The notes under the pieces: generated by a model
The model's input: the letters and a program-made list of their open reading frames with translations, nothing else
The model's database searches: none
What the model was told of the DNA's origin: nothing
Assembly (NCBI RefSeq): GCF_001194135.2
Contig: NC_069002.1
Span: forward strand, 35,571,622-35,605,587
DNA length: 33,966 nt
From: Octopus bimaculoides
Taxonomy: Eukaryota
Direction of reading: 5' to 3'
In this document: positions 11,089 to 21,790 of the stretch, piece by piece
Layout: each line of letters opens with the position of its first letter
How positions within the stretch are numbered: position 1 is the stretch's first letter
Program-made: the position numbers and the translations under genes

Positions 11089-12221
11089 CAAGCAATATGT
11101 CAACACGTATAGCATGCATTGCTCTGTATCCAGTCTTCCTTTCTGCAATCGTTTTCCTTATGTTCTGTAACTAAAAGCATGCATCTCGTTAGAGAACACG
11201 CGAATGATGCAGATGGCGCGGTGAAAGGTGAAGCAGCTTTAGCACTGAAATTAATCTCGTTTCCAGAATCACGGTGTCAAAATGCACTCACTGTTCATAT
11301 CACGTTTCCAGGCTCCCACTTAACCCATCTCTCTCTTTCCATTCCTCTGCCTTCCTCTTTCTCTCTCTACTTCTTTCACTCAACATATATGTACACATGT
11401 ATATATATATGTGTGTATGTATGTATGTATGTATACGTTTACAGGTAGATGCATATATACAAATATATATATATATATANNNNNNNNNNNNNNNNNNNNN
11501 NNNNNNNNNNNNNNNNNNNNNNNNNNNNNNNNNNNNNNNNNNNNNNNNNNNNNNNNNNNNNNNNNNNNNNNNNNNNNNNNNNNNNNNNNNNNNNNNNNNN
11601 NNNNNNNNNNNNNNNNNNNNNNNNNNNNNNNNNNNNNNNNNNNNNNNNNNNNNNNNNNNNNNNNNNNNNNNNNNNNNNNNNNNNNNNNNNNNNNNNNNNN
11701 NNNNNNNNNNNNNNNNNNNNNNNNNNNNNNNNNNNNNNNNNNNNNNNNNNNNNNNNNNNNNNNNNNNNNNNNNNNNNNNNNNNNNNNNNNNNNNNNNNNN
11801 NNNNNNNNNNNNNNNNNNNNNNNNNNNNNNNNATATATATGCACATAAATATATGCACATAAATATATGCACATCTATGCAGCCGCATACTTACAAACGT
11901 CTACGCACATACCTACCTAGATATACATAAACGAATGTACAATTCCTACAGACAAACACGCACACGTACACGTCTACATCGGTCATACTCCCCTTACACT
12001 CTTACAATCTATCTTTGTGTTTTTATTTTTTCTATTTTGGTCTTGTTTTATCATTTTCAGCCCTTTTTTTCTTTCTTTCTTTCACTACTGAGAATTTCCA
12101 GTTTTCAAGAACGAAATGAGGAATGTCTTGAGAAAGGACCAACCCATTACGTGACAAGGCAAATATACTAATGTTGCATCTAAAGAGGGACCTACTCTGT
12201 TGTAAACGATACTAAAAACAA

Positions 12222-12250
12222 TACTGCTACTGTTACTACTACTACTACCA

Positions 12251-12329
<79 letters not shown>

Positions 12330-12339
12330 TGATGATGAT
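12222..12339. repeat. Compound (ACT)n(AAT)n(GAT)n microsatellite
   Basis: Read directly; long pure AAT run at about 12253-12327. Confidence 0.95.
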
Positions 12340-12764
12340 AGGAAAAACAATATATGTTATAAATAATATACTTTATATTGTATATAATATATTCTATATA
12401 ATATATATTATATATAATTCAATATGATATAATTTTCTTTCAAACTTCCGAGTTGCTCAGGTGTTTCGAAATTAAATGGGAAAGTGTATCATATGTGATG
12501 CATGAACACCAGGAGATACGGCCTGTTTATTACGTGATACGCAGGAGCGGTAAAGGGTTAAGTGGTCATCTGATATGAATTGGTCAAAGACGAAATCTTA
12601 GCACTGAGATTTCACTCTTAAAATTACTCAGACACATTTCTCCACTTCAGAAGTAGATAAAAAAAAGCAAATGAGGTTTTTTTTTTTTATTCCCTTCCAA
12701 CTAGTAAGTGATGATGTGCCACGAATTGATGGTTTCTTCATTATAGACAAGGCCAAAAATAAAA

Positions 12765-13180
12765 TTCGTTCCGCCGTTGTCGACGATGACCAAAGACATC
12801 ACATGGGTGAAGAAGGTGGGTCAAGGTGCGCCTGGTTGTGGCCGATCAGGCTGATGCGTGCTGCGGGTATTGATGCTCTTCTAGGAACGAAGGCAACGAG
12901 ATGGCCCTGAACATGCGCAGCTCACGTTTTCTTTGTGCTCCTAAGATCCTATTCTGTTCGTATGGAGTGGCACCACCGATGGTGAAGATACACCAAACAG
13001 GGTGGTCCTGTGCTTGAACTTCCCTGATGTCGGGGTAAATATGAAAAAACTTGAGTGATGCTTTGACTGTATCTCTAAAGCCCCTTTGCTGCCCACCTTG
13101 TGTACGCTTGCCTTCTACAGATTCCCTGTAAAATAGTCGTTTAGGGAGTTGTGTGTCAGGCAGCCGTGTGCCGGACACAC
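12765..13180 (-). mobile_element. RTE-clade LINE 3' end (ORF C-terminus and 3' UTR), 5'-truncated
   Basis: ORF 12846-13178 reads RLPDTQLPKRLFYRESVEGKRTQGGQQRGFRDTVKASLK...AQDHPVW..., matching the post-RT region of RTE/BovB-like ORFs. A shifted frame gives ARISLIGHNQAH, a remnant of the terminal C2H2-like motif. Followed by a short GGTCATCGTCGACAACGGCGGAACGAA 3' end. Confidence 0.88.
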
Positions 13181-13344
13181 GACTTCCCTAAAGGCGAGGT
13201 AAATGAAGCATGTTCGGGAAGAAAATTATATATTATGAGAATATATGCATTGAGAATGTTCAATACAACGAATATGTTCCCCTGGACTCGCTAGTTAGCA
13301 AAACTATAGGATTGAATACCTACATCGTTAAGAGAACAATATCC

Positions 13345-13935
13345 TAGTCCAATAGAATTGGTTACATAATGTGTAACAAAAGATGTAATACTACAGTTCA
13401 AGTTGTTCAAATTATTCCTGGGATTCATAATGGAATAGATTATTATAGGATAATATCAGCGGTGATATTAATTTCAAGAAAATATAAACAAGGAATAATT
13501 AATCGTTATTTGCATTGTGAAGGAAGGTAACTGAAAAATTGACTTGCATATTTATTATTAATATCTTCCAGCAAATTCGAATGCAACAAAGGTTCCTGAG
13601 AAGTATGATGGTGGTGAATTACCTGAAATTTATGCTGAAGAAATTAAGAAATGTTTTAGAACTATTAATGGCATTAACTGATAACCTGAAATGTTATGGC
13701 AACGAATGAAAGATATTCATCAAGGGGCAATGAGAAATCTTACAAGAGGAAAAAGTACTACAAAGCCAAAAAGGATTTCAGCAACAACATAAAAGACATT
13801 GTACAGGAAAAGCGGCAGGCAAAACAATAGGAGGCATTAAAGAATACAGAAGAACGAAAAACAGAAATTCTAGCGTGCTGCGAAAAAGATGAAAGCAGTT
13901 ATTTGAAATAGAAATTTAAAAGAGAAGAAAATTGC
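13345..13935 (+). mobile_element. Decayed RTE/BovB-like LINE fragment (APE endonuclease C-terminus and linker)
   Basis: From 13348: SNRIGYIMCNKRCNTTVQVVQIIPGIHNGIDY, resembling the BovB-type NQIDYILCSQRWRSSIQSAKTRPGADCGSDH. From 13601: KYDGGELPEIYAEEIKKCF...PEMLWQRMKDI, resembling RYDLNQIPYDYTVEVTNRF...PEELWTEVRDI. Contains stops and frameshifts; comparison sequences are from memory. Confidence 0.6.
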
Positions 13936-13940
13936 ACTTA

Positions 13941-14120
13941 GGGCAAAATGAGTAGAAGTATTTCGTCCGTTTTTATGTTTTGAGTTCAAATTCTGCCGAG
14001 GTCTTCTTTGCCATTCATTCCTTTGGGGTCCACAAAATAAGTACCAGTCGACACTGGGGTCGATGTAATCAACTTAAACCATCCTTCGAATTTTCTGGAC
14101 CTGTGCCAAAATTTGAAACT
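13941..14120 (+). mobile_element. tRNA-derived SINE family C, 5'-truncated
   Basis: B-box-like GAGTTCAAATTCTGCC, then GAGGTC...TTTGCCATTCATTCCTTTGGGGTC...AATAAGTACCAGTCGACACTGGGGTCGATGTAATC...GTGCCAAAATTTGAAAC. The AATAAGTAC...GGGGTCGAT module is shared with the family A tail. Confidence 0.8.
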
Positions 14121-14149
14121 AGTAATACGTGATGGAATTGTTAATTGGT

Positions 14150-14645
14150 GGTATTAATTAGTAAGGGCTCTGGTAGATCAGACCTTACCAAGACAACAAA
14201 AATGTTCCTTCCTCGTGTATGCGTGTATTCTTAAATTTATCCAGATTCACACACGTCGAGGCGTCCTCCTATTCTCCCGCTCATACATATCTGTACATAC
14301 TTATATATCATACGCTCCGGCAGCCACATCAATGGAAGGCCGTAAAAGTTGCCCCTTCCTTCCACAGATCGGGATCGCCCATTGGACAAGTGCGAGCAGC
14401 CACTTAGCCTCCCATGCTAGGGATACAGTAAAGACGTCGGCAGTAAATCGAAGGTTAGCCGACCAGGAGTAGGAGTCCTTGACCAACGGCTTGAGGATTA
14501 TTGCCGCTGAGCGGAAGATCCGCACCATCAGGCAACAGTTGGGCGTCGCCTAGCAACTGAGTTGCTATTGCGGAGTGTAACCTCATCGTCAATCATGCTT
14601 GTACTCGGTTCCTGGAGTGGAGGCCTAGAGTGGAAGTCTGGCGAG
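14150..14645 (+). mobile_element. Probable 5' UTR and ORF start of an RTE-clade LINE
   Basis: GC-richer non-repetitive island ending in MLVLGSWSGGLEWKSGE (14595-14645), which resembles the first APE endonuclease motif of RTE ORFs (LxIGTWNVGTLKGKSGE-like), then cut off by (AT)n. The match is short. Confidence 0.4.
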
Positions 14646-14979
14646 CATATATATATATATATGAACATAAACATAGATATTCTTATGCAAAGACGTGTAC
14701 AAAGATGTGTATTTACAGGCGAACGTATATTTACGAGTCTCAACGTTAATAAATATGCATTTATGCATAGTTTCATGCTCTTTACTCTGTAAATGTGTGC
14801 GCATGTGCGCGTGTAGGTGTGCCCTCATGTGTGACTGACCGTGTGTACGAATTTCGGTGTGTATATTTACTTGAATACACAAGATTTTGTTTACTCTTTA
14901 ACTACGCATATTTAATCAAATGTCTAAGCATTTAAGCATTTCTACAAATGTGTCTTGCAATCATACATACATATGTGAC

Positions 14980-15061
14980 TCTGTGTGTGTGTGTGTGTGT
15001 GTATACACACATATATACATATATACGTGTGTGTCTGTGTGTCTCCATATGTGTGCATGCG

Positions 15062-15102
<41 letters not shown>

Positions 15103-15112
15103 NNNNNNNNNN

Positions 15113-15151
<39 letters not shown>

Positions 15152-15520
15152 GCATAGACATATATATACATGCATATATATATATATATATATATGTATA
15201 TAAAAGTATGTATGCATATTCTATTACACCTATACACTATCTATACTTATGTGTTTATTTGATATGTGTTTATTGCTACATGGACATATTTATATATAAA
15301 TATACGAGTGTGTGTGCGTGTGTGTGTGTGTGTGTGCGTGTGTGTGTGTGTGCGTGTGTGTGTGCGTGTGTGTGTGTGTATGTGCGTGTGTGTGTGAGTT
15401 GGCTGTGTACGCATGCGCGTGTGTTTGTTGAGTGCATGTTTGAAAAATTATATTATTTAATAATCCGATGATTGAATTGCGTGCTGCCTATGTACTTGTG
15501 CTGCCAAACGTTTGTGTGTG

Positions 15521-15585
<65 letters not shown>

Positions 15586-15845
15586 AAGAGAGAGAAAGAG
15601 AGAGAGAGAAAGAGAGAGAGAGAAAGAGAGAGAGAGAAAGAGAGAGAGATGGTATGGGTGTGTGTATTCATATATGAATGTGTAGAATATATGTGGTTGT
15701 ATATATACGCATATATCTCTCTGTGTGTCTAATTGTCTCTCTTTCTCTCTCTCCCTCTCTCTCTCTCTCTATCTCACTCTCTTCGTTTGTCTCTTTGGCC
15801 CAATATACATACACACACAAACACATACACACACACGCACGCACA

Positions 15846-15894
<49 letters not shown>

Positions 15895-15916
15895 TTATAT
15901 ATATATGTGTATATGA

Positions 15917-15955
<39 letters not shown>

Positions 15956-16300
15956 TATGCAGACATACATATATATAGATAGATACATACATACATACAT
16001 ACATATTTATTGAATGATAGAAATGTAGAAATATATATTTATACATCTTAATATACATTATACACACATATATACACATAGACATACATGCATATATACG
16101 TTCATATTCATACTAACATAAGCATACACAAGCACATACCCACTCGTATATGTGTGTAAGCCGTTTTATAAGTGATATGTAAACACTTTATATTTGATGA
16201 CAAAATCAAATATAGTTTTCTTTCTCATAACAACAAACTATAACCATATATATGTGTGTGTGTGTGCGTGTACGTATGTATATGTGTATATGTGCACGGT
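14980..16300. repeat. Large compound microsatellite field: (TG)n, (TA)n, (GA)n, (CT)n, (CA)n
   Basis: Read directly; accounts for all YI/CV/ER/TH-repeat ORFs in this interval. Confidence 0.95.
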
Positions 16301-17405
16301 TGTCTACGTATATGTCTTAATATGTAAGCTTTACTCTCTGTACTCTTGCTCTGTGATTGTGTGCATATATCTATGTTTATATATGTATGCATGCCTGCAC
16401 CTCTCTTTGCGTACAGACGTCTTTAGTGTTTATAAGCTTATTCTGCTCATGCTCACCCAACCCTATTCGGCAAACTCCTAATTAATGTCTAATGTTTACT
16501 TCTCACTATCGTAACTCACTATCGACTTATAAAAATTATTTTGAAATCAGTTCAATGCAAAAGTGTAGTAAAAGTTAAAAGTGAGTTTATTAATTTCATC
16601 CCTATGGTAAATTTATAATTAACAGTATATGTTTACACTTCAGTGACTTAAAAAATCTACTAGGAATGATTATCGGATTTGTATGTGTGTGTCTACGCGT
16701 GTGTATGTGTGCGTATGTATGTGTGTATGTGTGGCTGTACTTGTGATTCTATGTATGTTTACTTTGGTTTCATTTTTGTAATTATTCGTACTCATCCTCG
16801 AAGGAAAGAGCTGGTTTCTAACGAAGAAACAAAATCTCCATCACTGGAAATTCGTAAACGACAACGATAATTGATACATTTTTTTATGTTTCACTTACAA
16901 ATTATATCTGTAAAATGCGTGTTACACCGTGTCTTTGCTTCAAAATACTAGCCTGTGTTCACGAGCACCAAAAAGATAATTTCCTGATATATTTAATTGC
17001 TGATAGGCCAGTCTTCAGTTGAGAGGCAGGAATCACTCGTCTGCCTAAATAGAAAAGTTCATAGCAATTACTATTTAAATAAGTCACAAACACAAATTAG
17101 AAATTAGCTCAATTGTCTAACCTATATTTCACCTCGTACTTTCGTGATTCAAAGGTCAACATCATTAAGTACTCGATTTTATTCGGAACGTGTAATGGAA
17201 TATCTAGGATGTGCTTTGTAGACTACAATTTTAACGACTTTCCTTATAAAAAGAATGAATACATCTTCTCTTCGAACGCCAAAAAGAAAAAATATATATA
17301 TATTTCGCTGTTATTTGGCCTCTCATTAAATGATAGACAGTATCACCCCTCTTCCTACAAAGAGAATTTCATTGCAATATAAATATGAATAGTTTATACA
17401 CAGAG

Positions 17406-17407
<2 letters not shown>

Positions 17408-17473
<66 letters not shown>

Positions 17474-17475
17474 TG

Positions 17476-17514
<39 letters not shown>

Positions 17515-17582
17515 AATTTGAAAATAGGATAAAGTCATTATAAGAATTTATCAAGTATATCAATATATATATATATATATAT
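17408..17582. repeat. (AT)n(GT)n(AT)n compound microsatellite
   Basis: Read directly. Confidence 0.9.
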
Positions 17583-17710
17583 ACGACGGGCTTCTTTCAG
17601 TTTCCGTCTACCAAATTCACTCACAAGAATTTGGTCGGCCCGAGGCTATAGTAGAAGACCCTTAACTGGGGTTGGATTAGAAGCAACTGTCTTACCATAC
17701 ACCCAGGCCA
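17583..17710 (-). mobile_element. SINE family A head/core fragment with internal deletion
   Basis: ACGACGGGCTTCTTTCAGTTTCCGTCTACCAAATTCACTCACAAG...GGTCGGCCCGAGGCTATAGTAGAAGAC matches 3620-3700 and 7230-7305. The B-box segment present in those copies is missing. Confidence 0.88.
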
Positions 17711-17714
17711 TGTA

Positions 17715-17783
<69 letters not shown>

Positions 17784-18324
17784 TTACAGACGTGCAAACA
17801 AATGCCGAATACAGTAGTATTCATATATTTCTTAGTCTAAAATGATGCACCGCTTCAAATCAGATTTCAGTGGTTACTTTCTGCTGTTTGAATCAGTGCA
17901 AAGTGGAACACAAAACTCTGACAAGCGACTGAATGAAGTCTCACTACAAAATATCTTTTTGTTTCCCCCATATTTCCAGTGATTCAGTTTTCTTCCATAT
18001 CTATCAATATATAAACATTTCTCCAGTTTCAATTACCAAATCTGATTATATGTAATTTTTATCTTCTATTTCACAATCCACTTTGGATTTGCACTTTTCA
18101 CTGTTGTGTATTTTTCTATAATTTTAATTGTTTAAATAAGTATGTGCATGTGTGTGTGTGTTTAAGATGACGAATGGGGAGCATCCTTAGATCATTGGAT
18201 AAGATACTCTGCAGTAAATGTTCCGACACTCTTAGCAGAAAATTCAAACCCCAATCAGGGTAGTCAAATGAATTTTTTCTTTCATTCCGTTCGATAAGCA
18301 AAGACTCTTTTTCGCAGCCGCTCT

Positions 18325-18345
18325 CCCATTCCCTCTTTCTCTCTT

Positions 18346-18415
<70 letters not shown>

Positions 18416-18440
18416 GCTCTCCCTCTCTCCTTCTTTCTGC
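18325..18440. repeat. (CT)n/(GA)n microsatellite
   Basis: Read directly. Confidence 0.9.
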
Positions 18441-18717
18441 TTCACATATACACACTGTGATTAGGTTCAAGCTATACAACACTCCACGTCCCTTTCTGTA
18501 AACATGTAAAATGGTTGCACGAGCTGCTGCAAACCTTTTCTTCCAGAAACCATAATGCACTATTGGTTCCAGTCAAGGGCTGAAAATGCGCAGTAGTGTA
18601 CGGTGAGGGACTAAATAATGATGTGTGCGTTAGTAAGTGTGGTGTGTGTGTGTATATGCATTTGTGACAATGAGACGCTGTGGGATTTTCCTAATGCGTT
18701 TGTTGTGATATGTTTCT

Positions 18718-19100
18718 GTGGAGGCACAATGGCCCAGTGGTTAGGGCAGCGGACTCGCGGTCATAGGATCGCGGTTTCGATTCCCAGACCGGGCGCTGTG
18801 AGTGTTTATTGAGCGAAAGCACCTAAACCTCCACGAGGCTCCGGCAGGGGATGGTGGCGAACCCTGCTGTACTCTTTCACAACAACTTTATCTCACTCCT
18901 GTTTCTGTTGTGCCTGTAATTCAAAGGGTCAGCCTTGTCACACTGTGTCACGCTGAATATCCCCGAGAACTACGTTAAGTGTACACGTGTCAGTGAAGTG
19001 CTCAGCCACTTGCACGTTAATTTCACGAGCAGGCTGTTCCGTTGATCGGATCAACTGGAACGCTCGACGTCGTAAGCTACGGAGTGCCAACAACAACAAC
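18718..19100 (+). mobile_element. tRNA-derived SINE family B, full length, with TSD
   Basis: Head GTGGAGGCACAATGGCCCAGTGGTTAGGGCAGCGGACTCGCGGTCATAGGATCGCGGTTTCGATTCCC (A box TGGCCCAGTGG, B-box-like GGTTTCGATTCC); (CAA)n tail. Flanked by GATATGTTTCT (18707-18717) and GATATGTTTGT (19101-19111). Confidence 0.95.
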
Positions 19101-20319
19101 GATATGTTTGTATACAACTCTGTTTTTTAGTTGCTATAGAAACTTTATGTTCGAATGTGCATCTGTCCCTGTGGGCATTTGTATCTGAAAATAAAATGAG
19201 TTACACAAAGATGGAAGTGTCACGGGTAGAACGCTTTAATCAGAATATGCTTCCACATTCTAGTCCGGAGGAGGGTTAACCTGTAACAGAACTAGTTAAA
19301 TTATAAGATCAAAACCCTTTGATATCCGATATGATAACAATGCTATTTGTATTCATTAATCTATGACAATGTCATCATCGTGGTTTGTATGTCCCTCACT
19401 TTCAAAGTAATTTAATAATCACACATCATTAAAACAAATCAAATATTGACATAGCACCGCTTGTCTTTATTGATCTACGCAACAATTCATTAACTAAAGC
19501 GAAAAACGCTAGAAGTTATGTATTGTAATACATTTAACACCTTTGGTGCCAGATAAAATAACTGGAATCCTAAGAAGTTAGTGCTGGTCTGTGACGATAT
19601 GTTAACCCGTAAATTTTGTAAAAATTTTGATTGGGATTTTGACTGCAATGAGGAGTTCGACGTTTCAGACATTCTTCCTTCGTCGTGCACAAGGAAAATA
19701 TTACGTTAATACCACGGTTCTGATGGTGTTTTTCGCATCTATAATCGTTTAAACTTTCTCTGTTTCACAAAGAACCGCTGTAGACAAGGTAGGAATGTTT
19801 TACTCCGTATGGATACTCAAATCACAAATGCATATCTTTTGATTTCATTCATCTGATGAAGTGTGAGTGATAAAGATTTCAGAAGAGTAGTTAAAGGGGA
19901 GGGGGTAGAGGGAGGTGGCGATAGTGATAGATAGGTGGATACAATTACAGAGAAAGCATATCAAGCATGCATAGTCAACTTAGGAGAGAAAAAGAAATTT
20001 AAGATTATAAAATTTTATCTAAAGTAAAACAAGCTAAAATATTTTATCTAGCGGCAAAAAATGATAATTTTGAAACAAAGACATGAATATAGTTTTGACA
20101 AGCTTAGCAAAACACAAGATGACAAAGTAAATTTATTAATTATACTAATTCTTAAAGTTGAAGCATATATTCTTTTTCTTTTCCCTATTTACTTGATTAC
20201 GATATTCGGCTGAAGTCATGTTGATATTTTTAGGGGTTTATTTCTAAATTTAAATCATCAAACACAAGGTTCTGTTCGATACATTATTTTCATAAATACA
20301 TGCGTACGTTTACATATGA

Positions 20320-20356
<37 letters not shown>

Positions 20357-20929
20357 TGGGTGTGTGTGTGTGTGTGTGTGTGTGTGCTTGTATATCTGTA
20401 TATATCCATGTGTGTCTATAGTGCAGTTACGTTATTTTGAGGATAGAAATCTTTCTCGAGCAGCGAGAGATAAATATGATTCAATATACAATACGAACAG
20501 GATTTAAATAAGAACTACAATATAACATCATGTTCTGATATTACAATGTTTGGTTGAGCTTGCATATCGTGCCATGTACTTTCGTGTAATTTTTCAGGCA
20601 CACGGCTTAAACCCCACCACCACCGTCACCACCACTACCACATAATTATACAAATATGCATACGTACTAACATATATACATATGTGAGTATGTATATGTA
20701 TGTACGTATGTATGTATGTATGTATGCATATGTGTGTGTGAGTGTGTGTGTGAGTCCATGTAGCTGTGGTAATAGAACTTTAAACTCAAAAATAAGATTA
20801 TTTTTACTGACTTTTCTCTTGACTTTGCTAGTATTTACCTGTTATCGTCATCATGAGCACCTTTAGTATTGTTGTTGTAGTTAGTGGTGGTGGTCGTGGC
20901 AGTAGAAATAGTACCTCTAAGTATTAGTA

Positions 20930-21229
20930 TTATTGTTTATTTAGCTCGGGTTGGAATTTATTAATAAAGTTCTTTTCTCTGATTTTTCTCTCAATTTCAC
21001 TTGGACTGTGTAGTGTGTAGAATGGGAATATTATAAATATTTTCCAACCACATGTTGCTAGACGGTTACGCAAAGGTATCTGGCGGTGCACCCGTGAACG
21101 TTCTGATAGTGCATTTCCAGTTTGATCTACATATAGTTCTTCACAATTCGTGCATTTGACACAGTAAATTAAATTTCTACTTTTGCAATTCATATTGGCG
21201 TTTGTGAGTATTTTTCCGGTTTTTGTGTT
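20930..21229 (-). mobile_element. Penelope-like element GIY-YIG endonuclease fragment
   Basis: NTKTGKILTNANMNCKSRNLIYCVKCTNCEELYVDQTGNALSERSRVHRQ...FPFY...ERKIREKNFINKFQPELN*: IYC-xx-C-xx-C-xxx-YVGQT-type GIY-YIG with the terminal F-x-P-x-LN motif typical of Penelope-like elements. Truncated at gap 21230-21239. Confidence 0.88.
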
Positions 21230-21422
21230 NNNNNNNNNNTATATATATATATATATATATATGTGTGTATATATATATATATATATTCACATATACATAT
21301 ATACGCATATACACATATACATATATGCATATATATGTTTGTGCATGTGTGTATATGTATGTATGTACGTATGGATTATGTATGTATGTATCTATATGCG
21401 TATATATATTATGCAGTACATA

Positions 21423-21495
21423 GTGCCACTTGAGGAAGACTTAGCAAATATTCTTTACAAGAAGTGTGAAAGTTCAACTTTTTCCTTGTTAGCAC
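21423..21495 (+). ncRNA. Degenerate minimal hammerhead-ribozyme-like motif (probably Penelope pLTR-derived)
   Basis: TTGAGGA (21430-21436, CTGANGA core with C3>T); stem II AGACTT/AAGTGT (5 of 6 pairs); GAAA (21468-21471); palindromic stem III AGTT-C-AACT; partial stem I GTGCCAC/GTTAGCAC, displaced by 7 nt. Confidence 0.4.
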
Positions 21496-21754
21496 GGTCA
21501 TATACGGTTTCTGTAGTTAACTGTGATGTGAAATGAGAAAAGTAAAACAAATAAATACTTAAATAAATAAATAAAAGCAGAACACTTTAGTGATTATGTG
21601 CGTACATTCAATGTAAAGACATGATTCCATATTTGGTGTGTTTACTGAAGAACTATCAGAAGAATCATTTCTGGTGAAAATGATTCCCAGAATCGATTAG
21701 GAAATTGATTTTTATATGTCATTTCGTTCCTGTAATTGTTGGGTTTATACATTT

Positions 21755-21790
<36 letters not shown>

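Noticed and set aside
12551-12561. AAAGGGTTAA, like a piggyBac-type terminus
   Set aside because: No partner TTAACCCTTT found upstream.
12765-12800. Possible shared 3' tail between the RTE fragment and SINE B
   Set aside because: Similarity is limited to a few scattered bases; not enough to name this LINE as the partner.
19490-19720. Open frames on both strands (66-aa minus ORF; NWNPKKLV...ILR on plus)
   Set aside because: No compatible splice sites or recognisable domain.
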